DNA of 64,000 nucleotides, from the NCBI GenBank assembly GCA_046595655.1, contig JBKJOF010000181.1, positions 39,374 to 103,373 on the forward strand, in the 5' to 3' direction. Below, piece by piece: positions 19,537-29,670 of the stretch; the first letter of the stretch is position 1; each line of letters opens with the position of its first letter. The notes under the pieces were generated by a model that saw only the letters and a program-made list of their open reading frames with translations, was not told where the DNA came from and searched no databases. A program made the position numbers and the translations under genes. Source of the DNA: Chryseolinea sp. (lineage in GTDB: Bacteria; Bacteroidota; Bacteroidia; Cytophagales; Cyclobacteriaceae).

Positions 19537-20424
19537 ATGAAAATAATCTCCATCCGAAAAACATACACCACACTGCTAACAGTATTTGTTTTACTGAACA
19601 GTTTTCCGCTGATCGCACAAAAAATAATTCAACCTCCTTTTGTTCAGGACAGCTGGTCGGCCGAATATGAACCATTTCGCATTGCAGGCAATCTGTATTA
19701 TGTAGGTACATATGATCTGGCGTCCTACCTCATCACAACGCCCAAGGGAAATATATTAATCAATACGGGGCTCGCAGAATCAGCAACGGCAATTAAATCA
19801 CATGTTGAAAAATTAGGATTCAAATTTTCTGCCATCAAAATACTATTGGCCACACATGCTCACTACGATCATGTTGGTGGAATGGCCGCTGTTAAGAAAG
19901 TAACAGGAGCAAAGATGATGATTCATGAAGGTGATGCTTCTGTGCTAGCCGATGGTGGTAACTCAGATTATTATTTTGGCGGTAAGGGCAGCACATTCGA
20001 ACCGGTTAAGGTAGATCGCTTGCTTCATAACAATGATACTGTCAGCTTAGGAGGTATGAACATTACGGTATTGCACCATCCGGGACATACAATGGGTGCG
20101 TGCAGTTTTTTATTCGATGTAAAAGATGATCAACGTACCTATCGTGTATTGATCGCCAACATGCCCACCATACTCGATGACACTAAACTTTCGGGCATGG
20201 CTACCTATGCCAATGTTGGAAAAGATTACGGAAACACATTAGACGCTATGAAGAAATTAAACTTCGATATCTTTCTTGCTTCTCACGCCAGCCAGTTTGG
20301 GCTTCATAATAAACGCAAGCCAGCAGACCAATATGCGCCAGAAGTATTCATCGATAAAAAGGGATATGAAGCTGCAATGGATGAGTTGTACAAAGCGTAT
20401 TTGGAAAAGCTTGATAAAAAGTGA
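19537..20424 (+). CDS. bla: Subclass B3 metallo-beta-lactamase
   Basis: EPFRIAGNLYYVGT, THAHYDH (H116/H118/D120/H121), PGHT (H196), ASH (H263) and a signal peptide. Confidence 0.88.
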   Translation: MKIISIRKTYTTLLTVFVLLNSFPLIAQKIIQPPFVQDSWSAEYEPFRIAGNLYYVGTYDLASYLITTPKGNILINTGLAESATAIKSHVEKLGFKFSAIKILLATHAHYDHVGGMAAVKKVTGAKMMIHEGDASVLADGGNSDYYFGGKGSTFEPVKVDRLLHNNDTVSLGGMNITVLHHPGHTMGACSFLFDVKDDQRTYRVLIANMPTILDDTKLSGMATYANVGKDYGNTLDAMKKLNFDIFLASHASQFGLHNKRKPADQYAPEVFIDKKGYEAAMDELYKAYLEKLDKK

Positions 20425-20515
20425 TAAGATCACAAGCGTCCATTACTTCTTCGCTAGCTTAATTCTTCCACTATAATTTTACTGCAAAATCGTTAGGAGA
20501 ATTTTATAAAATAAA

Positions 20516-20565
20516 TCAGCCTTTACATCAAAGCCCTTTTGAATGGACGCTGATGTAAAGGCTGA
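20516..20565. terminator. Perfect 15-bp hairpin between convergent genes
   Basis: tcagcctttacatca-N20-tgatgtaaaggctga; no U-tract, so it could equally be a REP-type hairpin. Confidence 0.45.
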
Positions 20566-20670
20566 ACAAATTGTTTATGATGAACAATGGTAATATGATT
20601 CTACCTATTGAAGTTCAATAAACGTCTCAATAATAAATCACTATTCAAGCAACCTCGTTGGAGAATGCTT

Positions 20671-21078
20671 TTATTTAACCGCTATTGCTGCCGCACTCTG
20701 AATTAACTTTTGATCTTCGGAATAAATCCAGATGGCATAAATTCCAATGGCAGTGCCGATAGGAAAAGAAAAAAGTTTAACGCAGCCCATAATCAATGCA
20801 AGAAGCGTGGCCCAACTCTGTCCGGTGAGTAAACCAATTCCGGCAATTAAAGTAGGTAAAGAAAAAAGAGTAATGATGATTACCGGTAGGTATTGAACAA
20901 TAGAAAGCACTAGCTCCATAATTTTACGTTCGTCCGGATCTACTTCGTTAAAGGCCAACGAAAAGATAAAGGTGAGAATGGCATTGAGCATGAGCATTCC
21001 GAAAATGGTAAACATTGCGGTTATAATATATAAGATACCCAGCACCTTTTTATGACCATCCAATTTTATAGCATTCAT
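20671..21078 (-). CDS. Hypothetical membrane protein (3-4 TM)
   Basis: Hydrophobic helices, IAGIGLL and FPIGTAIGIYAIW. Confidence 0.75.
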   Translation of the reverse strand: MNAIKLDGHKKVLGILYIITAMFTIFGMLMLNAILTFIFSLAFNEVDPDERKIMELVLSIVQYLPVIIITLFSLPTLIAGIGLLTGQSWATLLALIMGCVKLFSFPIGTAIGIYAIWIYSEDQKLIQSAAAIAVK

Positions 21079-21225
21079 GTAGTTAATTTTTTATAAAGTT
21101 AATAAAAGACTCTTATACTTAGAGTGTAAACAATTACCCAACATTATAAATTATTTGTTACCGGTTATGATGTAATGGTGGGATGGAAAGGCCTACCAAT
21201 AGAGATCACATAAATCAATGATGCT

Positions 21226-22344
21226 ATGGAAAACTTATCGAGACGTTCGTTTTTACACAAAGTAGGAATGACTGCCGGAACAACGGTGGCTGCCCTAACT
21301 CTTCCTCACTCGTTAACTGTTGCAGCGAGTCGCGTTAAACCATATGAAGGTAAAAAGCTAAACATTGCATTGTGTGGCCTGGGTCGTTATGCTGGCTACT
21401 TGGCCGAAGGTCTGCAGGAATCTCAATATTGCAAACTAGCTGGCATCATTACCGGTACACCTGCCAAAGCAGAAGAATGGAAAAAGAAATATGCCATACC
21501 CGAAGGCAACATTTACAATTACAAAAACTTCGATGAAATATCCCACAATAAAAATATTGATTTAGTTTATGTGGTGTTGCCTAATGCCATGCACAAAGAG
21601 TTTACTATCCGTGCAGCAAAAGCAGGTAAACATGTTATCGTTGAAAAGCCAATGGCCATTACACCACAGGACTGTGCAGAGATGATAGCAGTGTGTAATA
21701 AAGCAGGAGTACAATTAGCGATGGGTTATCGTTTACATTACGAACCCTACAACATGGAAATGAAAAGATTAGGACAGGAAAAAGTATTCGGACAAGTTCG
21801 GTTAGTAGAAGCATCGCTCGGATATAAAAGCGGTGATCCGTCTGAGTGGAGATTAAATAAAGCACTTGCCGGTGGAGGCCCGCTGATGAACTTAGGCGTC
21901 TACTGTGTTCAGGCTAGCCGTTACATACTCGGTGAAGAACCCATTTCTGTTACAGCACAATTTGGACCGATAACCAACAAGCAATTGTTTTCGCAAGTAG
22001 AAGAATCTATTACGTGGCAGTTACAATTTCCAAGTGGAGCGGTAGGTACGTCTTCGACTACTTATAACTGCGGCATCGATCGGCTTTTTGCTGGTGCAGA
22101 TGAGGGCTTCTTTGAACTCAGCCCCGCGATCAGTTATGGTCCCTTCAAAGGCCGAACCAGCAAGGGAGATTTAAGCTTTCCGGAGATTAATCAGCAGGCC
22201 ACGCAATGTGATGAAATTGCCAAAGTAATATTGGAAAACAAAAAATTGCCAAGCCACATTGCCGGAGAAGAAGGGCTAAAGGATATGAAAGTCCTTCAAG
22301 CTGTTTACGCTGCTGCGCAAACAGGAAAAAAAGTATCTATTTAA
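21226..22344 (+). CDS. Gfo/Idh/MocA oxidoreductase (glucose-fructose oxidoreductase-like), Tat-exported
   Basis: SRRSFL Tat motif, ALCGLGRY, VEKPMA, GGGPLMNLGVY. Confidence 0.92.
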   Translation: MENLSRRSFLHKVGMTAGTTVAALTLPHSLTVAASRVKPYEGKKLNIALCGLGRYAGYLAEGLQESQYCKLAGIITGTPAKAEEWKKKYAIPEGNIYNYKNFDEISHNKNIDLVYVVLPNAMHKEFTIRAAKAGKHVIVEKPMAITPQDCAEMIAVCNKAGVQLAMGYRLHYEPYNMEMKRLGQEKVFGQVRLVEASLGYKSGDPSEWRLNKALAGGGPLMNLGVYCVQASRYILGEEPISVTAQFGPITNKQLFSQVEESITWQLQFPSGAVGTSSTTYNCGIDRLFAGADEGFFELSPAISYGPFKGRTSKGDLSFPEINQQATQCDEIAKVILENKKLPSHIAGEEGLKDMKVLQAVYAAAQTGKKVSI

Positions 22345-22441
22345 AAGATGCATAATAGAAGCCTCCCAAAAGTTCTTTTCATTTGATTGAGAGGTTTCCA
22401 TTTTTGTTCCGATCTTACGGTTGTCAACTAACGCTAAGTTT

Positions 22442-22822
22442 ATGGATATTCTTTCAACCATTTTCGGGCCCGATAAAGAAGGTGTAAGACGCAGTCATGT
22501 AAAAAACCTAGTCTCTGTTGCCTTGGCAGATGGCCATATGGCAGATGATGAATGGGAATTATTAACCTATCTCGCTTCTCGTTTAGGAATGGAGGAGGAA
22601 GAAATAAAGGTGATAAAAGAAAATCCGGAAGCAATCACTTTTGTAGTTCCTAAAACGCATGAGCAACGTGTTCAGCAAATTGAAGATCTCGTGCTCCTCA
22701 TGTCAATAGATCACGATATTGACCCGCAGGAGATCGCGTTGTGTAAAAAAATTGCATTGAAGCTTGACGTACTTCCTCAGATTGTAGACCGCATCATTGA
22801 AGGAAGAAACGATCAACAATAG
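22442..22822 (+). CDS. TerB-like protein
   Basis: HVKNLVSVALADGHMADDEWELL...; ATG 22442 preferred over TTG 22421. Confidence 0.7.
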   Translation: MDILSTIFGPDKEGVRRSHVKNLVSVALADGHMADDEWELLTYLASRLGMEEEEIKVIKENPEAITFVVPKTHEQRVQQIEDLVLLMSIDHDIDPQEIALCKKIALKLDVLPQIVDRIIEGRNDQQ

Positions 22823-22845
22823 TAGAGTAGACCATTCGCTTTTGC

Positions 22846-24897
22846 TTATTCCGAAATAAACTTCGATTTCTCTTTTGAATATGTAAGCGTAAGCTGATGC
22901 ATCGCACGCGTGCAGGCAATGTATAACATGCTTCGATCGATGCCAGTTTGATAATTACTAGCAGAGGTAAAAGGTACAATCACTTCATCAAACTCCAATC
23001 CTTTTGCAAGATGTACGGTTGTCATCACGATACCTTCTTTGAAAGAGGTACTATCTGCCGTGAGCAGATGAACATCAAGCGATTTAATTTCCTCAAAGAT
23101 AAACTCCGCCTGATCAAGGGTTTTGCAAATGATACCAAGCGATTGATGACCTGAATTTTTAAAAGACGTGATCAATTTTTTAATTTCTGCTATCTCTTCT
23201 ATGTTACTCTCAAACCCTCTTACTTCAGGAGCTTGCCCATGCCGTTCCATTGCAATCAGGTCTGGATTGTTTCGGATGCCCAGTGTAAAAGCTGTGATCT
23301 CATAGGTAGACCTATAACTACGATAAAGTTTCACAACATCTGCGAGCGGAAATACACGTTCAATGCCTTCTGCTGAAGAAGCGCTGAATGGGTTCACCGG
23401 TTGATTGACATCACCCAGAATTGTTTTGTTGCACTTAAAAATTCTTGACAGCACCGAATATTGAACAGGTGTATAATCTTGCATCTCATCAATAAGGAGA
23501 TGCTTCACATGATCATATGACTGAATACCTTCCATTCTTATTTTGCAATAGATCAACGGAAATACATCCGAATATTCGAGAATACCTCCGTGATCTACTT
23601 TAAATAATTCTGGTTTCCCCATTCGAATGTAGAAGTCTCTATAGAGATCAAATACATTTGTAGCCTTTAACATTTTCGGCATGGCTTCCCATATCTGTGT
23701 CTTCTCGTGGCCGGTTAATTTTCTTCTTACAATCTCCCTAACAAAATTCTGAATATCTTTTATCACCTCATGCGATCTTTTTAACAACGGTATCCGATAA
23801 TATTTTTTGAATCGACCTTCTATAAAAGGGAAGGGCACTACAACATTTCCAACACGCAGTTCAGTAAAGTTGAAGTAATTGTTTTCAATATGAATTAAAT
23901 GCTGATTGAGCTTGCTTAAGAATTCAAACGAAGATTTAAATTCAATACGCGCTACAAATTCCGGATCGGGTTCATCCAACAGCAAGGAGACTTGCTCAAA
24001 GAAAGTTTGAAATGGATATTTGTGTTCAAGTAATTCTGTTGCAAGTTCCTCCATACCCGTTTCCGGGATTTGTTCTTCACCGAGTTCAGGTAATACATTC
24101 GATATGTAATCAGCAAATACCTTATTCGGTGAAATGATGAGAATGTCTTTCGCAGTAATTTCTTCTCTGAAACGATACAAAAGAAATGCAATGCGATGAA
24201 GGGCGATTGAAGTTTTTCCGGAACCGGCCACACCTTGAATAATCATTACGGTTGCAATCTCATTTCGGATCACGGCATTCTGATCGCGCTGAATAGTCGC
24301 GACAATATTCTTCATTTTATCGTCACTCGACTTGCTCAATTCTTTTTGTAATATGTCGTCATGAATGTTCACCGCGTTTTCTATCATGAATTCCATTCTA
24401 CCTTCTTTGATTTTGTATTGACGCTTCAATACAATCTCACCATTGATTTTTCCGGAAGGAGTTTGGTATGAAGCTTCGCCCAATTCGAAATCGTAGAACA
24501 TGGAAGAGATAGGAGCACGCCAATCATAGATGAGATTGGAACGCATCGTTTCATCGAAGAACGTATAGATGCCGATGTAGGCATTGGTTTTTTTTTCACT
24601 TTCTGCCGTAACAAAATCAATGCGGCCGAAATAGGGAGAAGCACCGAGCTTCATTAATTTTTTTTTTCGGGCAACGGCCGATTCTCCCGTGGATGCCATC
24701 CGGTCAATAGACTGACCAGCAGCAACCATATCAGCATCGTCCATTCCCGATTGATGCTCGTAAATATATTCTTTGTTCTGTCTGAGTTCTTCAGAGAATT
24801 GTTTTACACTATCGTCAACACGTTTGACAGCGAGAAGCAATTTCTCTTTTATTTCTTCCAGGTATTCCCGCTCTTCTTGTTCTGGTGTGTGATTCAT
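22846..24897 (-). CDS. helD: HelD-family RNA-polymerase recycling ATPase (SF1 helicase-like)
   Basis: SPYFGRIDF, IYDWRAPISSMFY, MKNIVATIQRDQN, QGVAGSGKTSIALHRIAFLLY, DEMQDY, KGLEFD, YIACTRA. Confidence 0.9.
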   Translation of the reverse strand: MNHTPEQEEREYLEEIKEKLLLAVKRVDDSVKQFSEELRQNKEYIYEHQSGMDDADMVAAGQSIDRMASTGESAVARKKKLMKLGASPYFGRIDFVTAESEKKTNAYIGIYTFFDETMRSNLIYDWRAPISSMFYDFELGEASYQTPSGKINGEIVLKRQYKIKEGRMEFMIENAVNIHDDILQKELSKSSDDKMKNIVATIQRDQNAVIRNEIATVMIIQGVAGSGKTSIALHRIAFLLYRFREEITAKDILIISPNKVFADYISNVLPELGEEQIPETGMEELATELLEHKYPFQTFFEQVSLLLDEPDPEFVARIEFKSSFEFLSKLNQHLIHIENNYFNFTELRVGNVVVPFPFIEGRFKKYYRIPLLKRSHEVIKDIQNFVREIVRRKLTGHEKTQIWEAMPKMLKATNVFDLYRDFYIRMGKPELFKVDHGGILEYSDVFPLIYCKIRMEGIQSYDHVKHLLIDEMQDYTPVQYSVLSRIFKCNKTILGDVNQPVNPFSASSAEGIERVFPLADVVKLYRSYRSTYEITAFTLGIRNNPDLIAMERHGQAPEVRGFESNIEEIAEIKKLITSFKNSGHQSLGIICKTLDQAEFIFEEIKSLDVHLLTADSTSFKEGIVMTTVHLAKGLEFDEVIVPFTSASNYQTGIDRSMLYIACTRAMHQLTLTYSKEKSKFISE

Positions 24898-24923
24898 CGT
24901 TTTAATTAAGGTGCAAAGGTTGA

Positions 24924-24947
24924 AAATTTAAGCATACTCTTAAATTT
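24924..24947. promoter_or_regulatory. Palindromic operator candidate upstream of helD
   Basis: aaatttaag-catact-cttaaattt, a perfect 9-bp inverted repeat 27 bp before the helD ATG. Confidence 0.5.
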
Positions 24948-25026
24948 CAGAGTGCGAGTATACGCGTTGTCATAGAAATAACCCAAAACTGGATTCGATT
25001 CAAATGAACAACACAAAGATAAGGAC

Positions 25027-25058
25027 AAATAAAAGGAGCGTGAAAGCTCCTCTTATTT
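25027..25058 (-). terminator. Intrinsic terminator between yiaA and helD
   Basis: Reverse strand: aaataagaggagc-tttcac-gctccttttattt. Confidence 0.65.
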
Positions 25059-25110
25059 ATTATAATCCTTTAGTAGATCAACCTGTTCTAGATTTTAATT
25101 ATACAAAGTA

Positions 25111-25512
25111 TTAATCAGTGAGGTGATCTGCAGCCTTTACATCTCGTACATTTTTCTGCACGGCCACCGCTGCAAACAAAGCAAGTAAAAAAGAGAAGGC
25201 ATAAAATCCTTTTTCACTTGGAAGTAATGTAGCGTTCCACAAGCCGATAATTAATAGCACAATCGTGAGAATCGTGGAGAACCAACTGAGCCCATAATAA
25301 ATATCGGTTACAGGAAGATTTTCTAACCTGTCTCGTACACTCTTCTGTAGTGATACAACAGAAAATAGGCCGAACATCAGTACCGTAAAGTAATACCCTT
25401 TCTCATTGAGCTGCATGTCTGATCTCCAGAGTCCTACTAAGTATCCGATCATACCGGTACCTAACGCAACCCAGGATGCGCCAATAAATGCACTTGATGG
25501 TTTTTGAGTCAT
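25111..25512 (-). CDS. yiaA: Inner-membrane protein YiaA (two YiaAB repeats)
   Basis: KPSSAFIGASW, LNEKGYY, SLQKSVRD, SEKGFY, VQKNVRD. Confidence 0.9.
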   Translation of the reverse strand: MTQKPSSAFIGASWVALGTGMIGYLVGLWRSDMQLNEKGYYFTVLMFGLFSVVSLQKSVRDRLENLPVTDIYYGLSWFSTILTIVLLIIGLWNATLLPSEKGFYAFSFLLALFAAVAVQKNVRDVKAADHLTD

Positions 25513-25548
25513 AATAAATTGGTTTTAGTAAATGAAAATGCTTCAATA

Positions 25549-25570
25549 AAATTTTGCTTAAGCAAAATTT
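25549..25570. promoter_or_regulatory. Perfect 22-bp palindrome upstream of yiaA (operator candidate)
   Basis: aaattttgcttaagcaaaattt equals its own reverse complement; 37 bp before the yiaA ATG. Confidence 0.6.
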
Positions 25571-25861
25571 GATGCAATGCATCTTCTGTTTAAACCCATG
25601 AATAAAAAGTAAAGATCAATTCAATACTGAACGATGTTTTGTTTGAAAGAGATTGTAAAATTCAATTGACTACTTATTGATTGTCAAGAAATGAAATTGA
25701 CATACTGCGTTAGAATTAACTTTCAACAGTAAACGAAAGCCCCACTGGAAGGTTATTATTCTTTTGTTAGTTTGGAATACTTCTAAGTATAATGCAACAG
25801 CGAAAAATTATAAGGATGATTAATTTCTTGACATTTGTGTTGGACATCGACAGAGCAGATG

Positions 25862-26007
25862 GGGTGCAATTCAAATTGTCGCCTTGGACTAAAGTCCATC
25901 AGGAGAAAGTTTGAATAACCACGCACTTAAGTGCGCGGTTAACAAAAATAATATTGTCGGGGCTTTAGCCCAGCAGCACAATTTCATTGCGTCTATTTGA
26001 AATGCCC
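25862..26007 (-). repeat. ~145-bp REPIN/MITE-like element, copy B
   Basis: Central palindrome aaccacgcacttaagtgcgcggtt, inner gggctttagccc and ggactaaagtcc, outer tgcaattcaaat/atttgaaatgc arms. Confidence 0.75.
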
Positions 26008-26071
26008 TAGCGGATGTAACCTTTGGAAATGAATACCGTTTGGTTAGCTTTGTACGGCAAAGTACTTTTTA

Positions 26072-26707
26072 ATGAAAGACAAATCTACTTCTCCTCTTGA
26101 AACCCTTACTGAAATAAGACAGTTGATGGAGCGTTCTTCCCGATTTATATCTCTTAGCGGACTCTCAGGTGTATTTGCAGGAGTGTACGCGCTTGCTGGA
26201 GCATATGCGGCTTACCGATACCTGAATCTCGAAGGCTTCGGTTATTTTTCGGGCGAAAGTTTTTATTCCAGGTCCGATCAGCATAGAACGTTGACATTTA
26301 TTATCGCAGATGCGTTTATTATTCTATCACTCGCTATTGTCACGGGAATATTTCTAACAACTCGGAAAGCAAAAAAAGATGGCAATTCAATTTTCGATCG
26401 TACCGCCCGCAAACTTATAATCAACCTTTGTATCCCGTTAGTTACAGGTGGCTTGTTTTGCTGCGGGCTTATGTATCATGGCGCGTTGATCTATATACCT
26501 TCAGCGATGCTGGTGTTTTATGGTCTCTCACTAATTCACGCCAGTAGTTATACCCGAAATGATATTCGCGTGTTGGGATTCGCTGAAATTATTCTCGGTC
26601 TAATTTCACTCATTATAATAGGGTATGGACTTTTCTTTTGGGCTTTCGGTTTTGGCGTGTTGCATATAGGATATGGTATCTATATGTATTATAAATATGA
26701 AGCGTGA
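26072..26707 (+). CDS. Conserved membrane protein, first gene of the XrtN operon
   Basis: L.EIR.LMERSSRFISLSGLSG start, about 6 TM helices; overlaps the regulator by 4 bp. Confidence 0.8.
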   Translation: MKDKSTSPLETLTEIRQLMERSSRFISLSGLSGVFAGVYALAGAYAAYRYLNLEGFGYFSGESFYSRSDQHRTLTFIIADAFIILSLAIVTGIFLTTRKAKKDGNSIFDRTARKLIINLCIPLVTGGLFCCGLMYHGALIYIPSAMLVFYGLSLIHASSYTRNDIRVLGFAEIILGLISLIIIGYGLFFWAFGFGVLHIGYGIYMYYKYEA

Positions 26708-27006
26708 AAAAGATCTTGATCGATTTTAACAAAGCATTTGAAAGTAAGGTACGCCTCGGTATTATGTCTGTATTGATGGTGAACGATACGGTAGATTTTA
26801 ATTCTCTAAAGGAACTGCTAAATCTTTCCGATGGCAACTTGGCAAGCCATATTAAATCGTTGGTAGAGTTAAATTATATCTTGGTGAACAAACAATTTAT
26901 TGGCAATAAACCAAATACTACCTACAGTGCTTCCAAGGATGGAAAGAAAGCCTTTCATACCCATCTGAAGTCACTTGAAAGTTTAATTAAAGGACAGAGT
27001 AAATGA
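26704..27006 (+). CDS. Winged-helix transcriptional regulator (ArsR/MarR-like)
   Basis: FESKVRLGIMSVL, F..LK..L.LSDGNLASH, KPNTTYS. Confidence 0.88.
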   Translation: MKKILIDFNKAFESKVRLGIMSVLMVNDTVDFNSLKELLNLSDGNLASHIKSLVELNYILVNKQFIGNKPNTTYSASKDGKKAFHTHLKSLESLIKGQSK

Positions 27007-27061
27007 ATTTTTTTTGATCACTCACTTTGCAATTCAAAGTACTTTTAATAAATATAAAACC

Positions 27062-29611
27062 ATGCAAACTAACTTACCAAGCACTCCGTTAAAAGATCAC
27101 TCCGAATTCTTAAATGGCTCACCAACTAAGGATTCAATTATCGTGATTGGCTACCTACTGTTAATGATGACATGCACAATCTATTCTCTCGTTGAATATT
27201 TTGGTGAGCATGAAAACCTGTTTATGATATTCTGGGTTCACTATATTGTTGCTGGTGTTTACGCGGCAATATTAATTTTTGATAAATCCATCGGCATACG
27301 AAAGAGCTGGAGTAAGGAATTCATTAATAAGGCTGTTATACTACTCAATTTATTTTTAGTAAGCGCATATGCTTTAAACAGAGAAGTACCAGTATTTGAA
27401 AATTCAGACAACTGGCTTTGTATCTATATTGTGTTTTCGTCTTTTGTGATGTTGAGCTATCTATATTTCAACAAGCTACCAAATTGGATAAACAACCTTC
27501 AACTTTTTTTTCTTGGATTTGCTATTCCACTTTATGCATACATGGCAATCTATACCTTCAACTATTATTTTTTTGGTGCTATTGGAATAATCGCTTTTGG
27601 AATTGGTGCTCATATATTGGTTCCACTCTTTTTAGCCTTAGCCTGCATCTTTCTTTTCGTTCATCATTATAACGGATTAAGGTCGGTTCTATGGGCTGGA
27701 TCAGGATTTGGTATTACACTAATAGTGGTAGTTGCTTTTGTTATCGAGTGGAATTCACGTGTTTCAAAAATAGAGACGCTGGCGAATCAATCGGTTATGT
27801 ATGGCCAAGCAGAACTTCCTATTTGGGTAACACTCGGTCAGCAGATAAAGAATGATTGGATTTCAGAACGGATATTAAAATCAGATCTCGTTTATACAAC
27901 CGCTAGTGAAAGTTTTGACGAATGGCGTTTTATGCCAAAGACAGTTTCCTGGGATGAGATTCAGAAGCATGATCCGTTAGTTTATATCGCAAGCCTGTTT
28001 TCAAAGTGCACCTTATCTGATGAAGACCGCGTTAAAATTTTAAAGGCTGTTTCGAACGGAAGACATCGCGCAAATGAAAGATTATGGTCGGGTGATAATC
28101 TTACCACCTCTTACATTGTTTCTGATGTCGATATTTTTACTGACTTGAGAATTGCCTACACAGAACAATATTTGAATGTGAAGAACAATAGTGCTAAAGG
28201 GAGTTGGAGAGGTAACACGGAGGAGGGCATTTATACTTTTTATCTGCCTGAAGGTTCAGTAGTAACATCTCTCTCTTTATGGATTAACGGAAATGAACAG
28301 AAAGGCATTCTGACCTCTAAGCAAAAAGCAGCAAAAGCTTATAATACCATTGTAGGTGTTGAACAACGAGATCCATCAGTTATACATTGGCAGGAGGGTA
28401 ACACCGTTACGGTTCGTGTGTTCCCATGTACAACGGCTGAAGAACGAAAGTTTAAGATTGGTGTAACTTCTCCGTTACACGAAGAGAATGGAAAAATTAT
28501 TTATAATAATATAATTTTTGACGGACCCAGTGCAGACGCGGCTCGTGAAACCAGGCGAATCCGATTTATCGGTTCTTTGAAAAATATACCAATGGATAGT
28601 TTCTTCAAACGTGATAAGAACGGTGATTATATTAGCGAACAAAAATATAACCCAGATTTTCAAATAGGCTTTGAGAAAATTCCGGTACCCCCCAATAATT
28701 TTACATTTGACGGTTATACCTATTCGATAGCCGCTCATATCCCAAAACTAGAGTCCACTTCGTTCAGCACAATTTTCTTAGATATTAATAACAGCTGGAC
28801 AAGCAATGAACTAAAAGATTTGGAAGCGTTACTTAAAAACTATGCCGTCTCGGTTTATTCTGATGATAAGCCAGTGCAGCTTGATAAAGAGAACTGGAAT
28901 GGCATTACGAATGAATTAAAAAATCAAAACTATTCACTGTTTCCATTTCACCATATTAAAGACCCGCAGCATGTTTTAATAATAACGAAGGGAAGCATAC
29001 TATCACCGCACCTCAGCGATTTTAAGGACAGCAAGTTTTCTGAAATGACGGATACTTTCTTTTCTATGGGAAAGAAAATTAAAGTATTCAATTTGGAAGG
29101 AGGTGCCTCTACGTATATCAATTCATTTAAAGAGCTAAGAGGTTTAGAGTTTGCCAAGGGCAATGTTGCTGATTTAAAGAAATTGTTGGTCTCGAAAACA
29201 TTTCCACAGTCACATGAATCCGAAGAACAAATTATAATTCATGATGCCAACCTGATTATCTCAAAAACGAAAAGTGATCCCACGGCTATAGTCAATAATG
29301 CCCCCGATCACCTTGCCCGACTTTTTGCTTATAATAATATCATGCGGAAAGTAGGGACACATTATTTCAATCATGATTTTGTTAACGAAGATTTGGTTGA
29401 TGAGGCATCTACAGCCTACGTTGTTTCACCTGTTTCGAGCATGATTGTTTTGGAAACTCAGGAGGATTATAAACGATTTGATATTCAGGATAAAGAAAAT
29501 AGTCTTCACAATGCAGCCAAGCAGTCGACAGGTGCAGTTCCGGAACCGCATGAGTGGGCATTGATTATCCTTTTTGCCATTTTCATACTGTATCTGAAAT
29601 TTAGATCCTAA
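27062..29611 (+). CDS. XrtN-system VIT-domain protein with PEP-CTERM-like sorting signal
   Basis: N-terminal TM bundle, VIT segment (EGIYTFYLPEGSVVTSLSLWING...RDPS) and C-terminus GAVPEPHEW-TM-KFRS. ATG 27062. Confidence 0.9.
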   Translation: MQTNLPSTPLKDHSEFLNGSPTKDSIIVIGYLLLMMTCTIYSLVEYFGEHENLFMIFWVHYIVAGVYAAILIFDKSIGIRKSWSKEFINKAVILLNLFLVSAYALNREVPVFENSDNWLCIYIVFSSFVMLSYLYFNKLPNWINNLQLFFLGFAIPLYAYMAIYTFNYYFFGAIGIIAFGIGAHILVPLFLALACIFLFVHHYNGLRSVLWAGSGFGITLIVVVAFVIEWNSRVSKIETLANQSVMYGQAELPIWVTLGQQIKNDWISERILKSDLVYTTASESFDEWRFMPKTVSWDEIQKHDPLVYIASLFSKCTLSDEDRVKILKAVSNGRHRANERLWSGDNLTTSYIVSDVDIFTDLRIAYTEQYLNVKNNSAKGSWRGNTEEGIYTFYLPEGSVVTSLSLWINGNEQKGILTSKQKAAKAYNTIVGVEQRDPSVIHWQEGNTVTVRVFPCTTAEERKFKIGVTSPLHEENGKIIYNNIIFDGPSADAARETRRIRFIGSLKNIPMDSFFKRDKNGDYISEQKYNPDFQIGFEKIPVPPNNFTFDGYTYSIAAHIPKLESTSFSTIFLDINNSWTSNELKDLEALLKNYAVSVYSDDKPVQLDKENWNGITNELKNQNYSLFPFHHIKDPQHVLIITKGSILSPHLSDFKDSKFSEMTDTFFSMGKKIKVFNLEGGASTYINSFKELRGLEFAKGNVADLKKLLVSKTFPQSHESEEQIIIHDANLIISKTKSDPTAIVNNAPDHLARLFAYNNIMRKVGTHYFNHDFVNEDLVDEASTAYVVSPVSSMIVLETQEDYKRFDIQDKENSLHNAAKQSTGAVPEPHEWALIILFAIFILYLKFRS

Positions 29612-29670
29612 TCATCTCATTTTTAATAAAATGTTAGTAATAATCAATACGTGAAATTTTTAATAATCGA

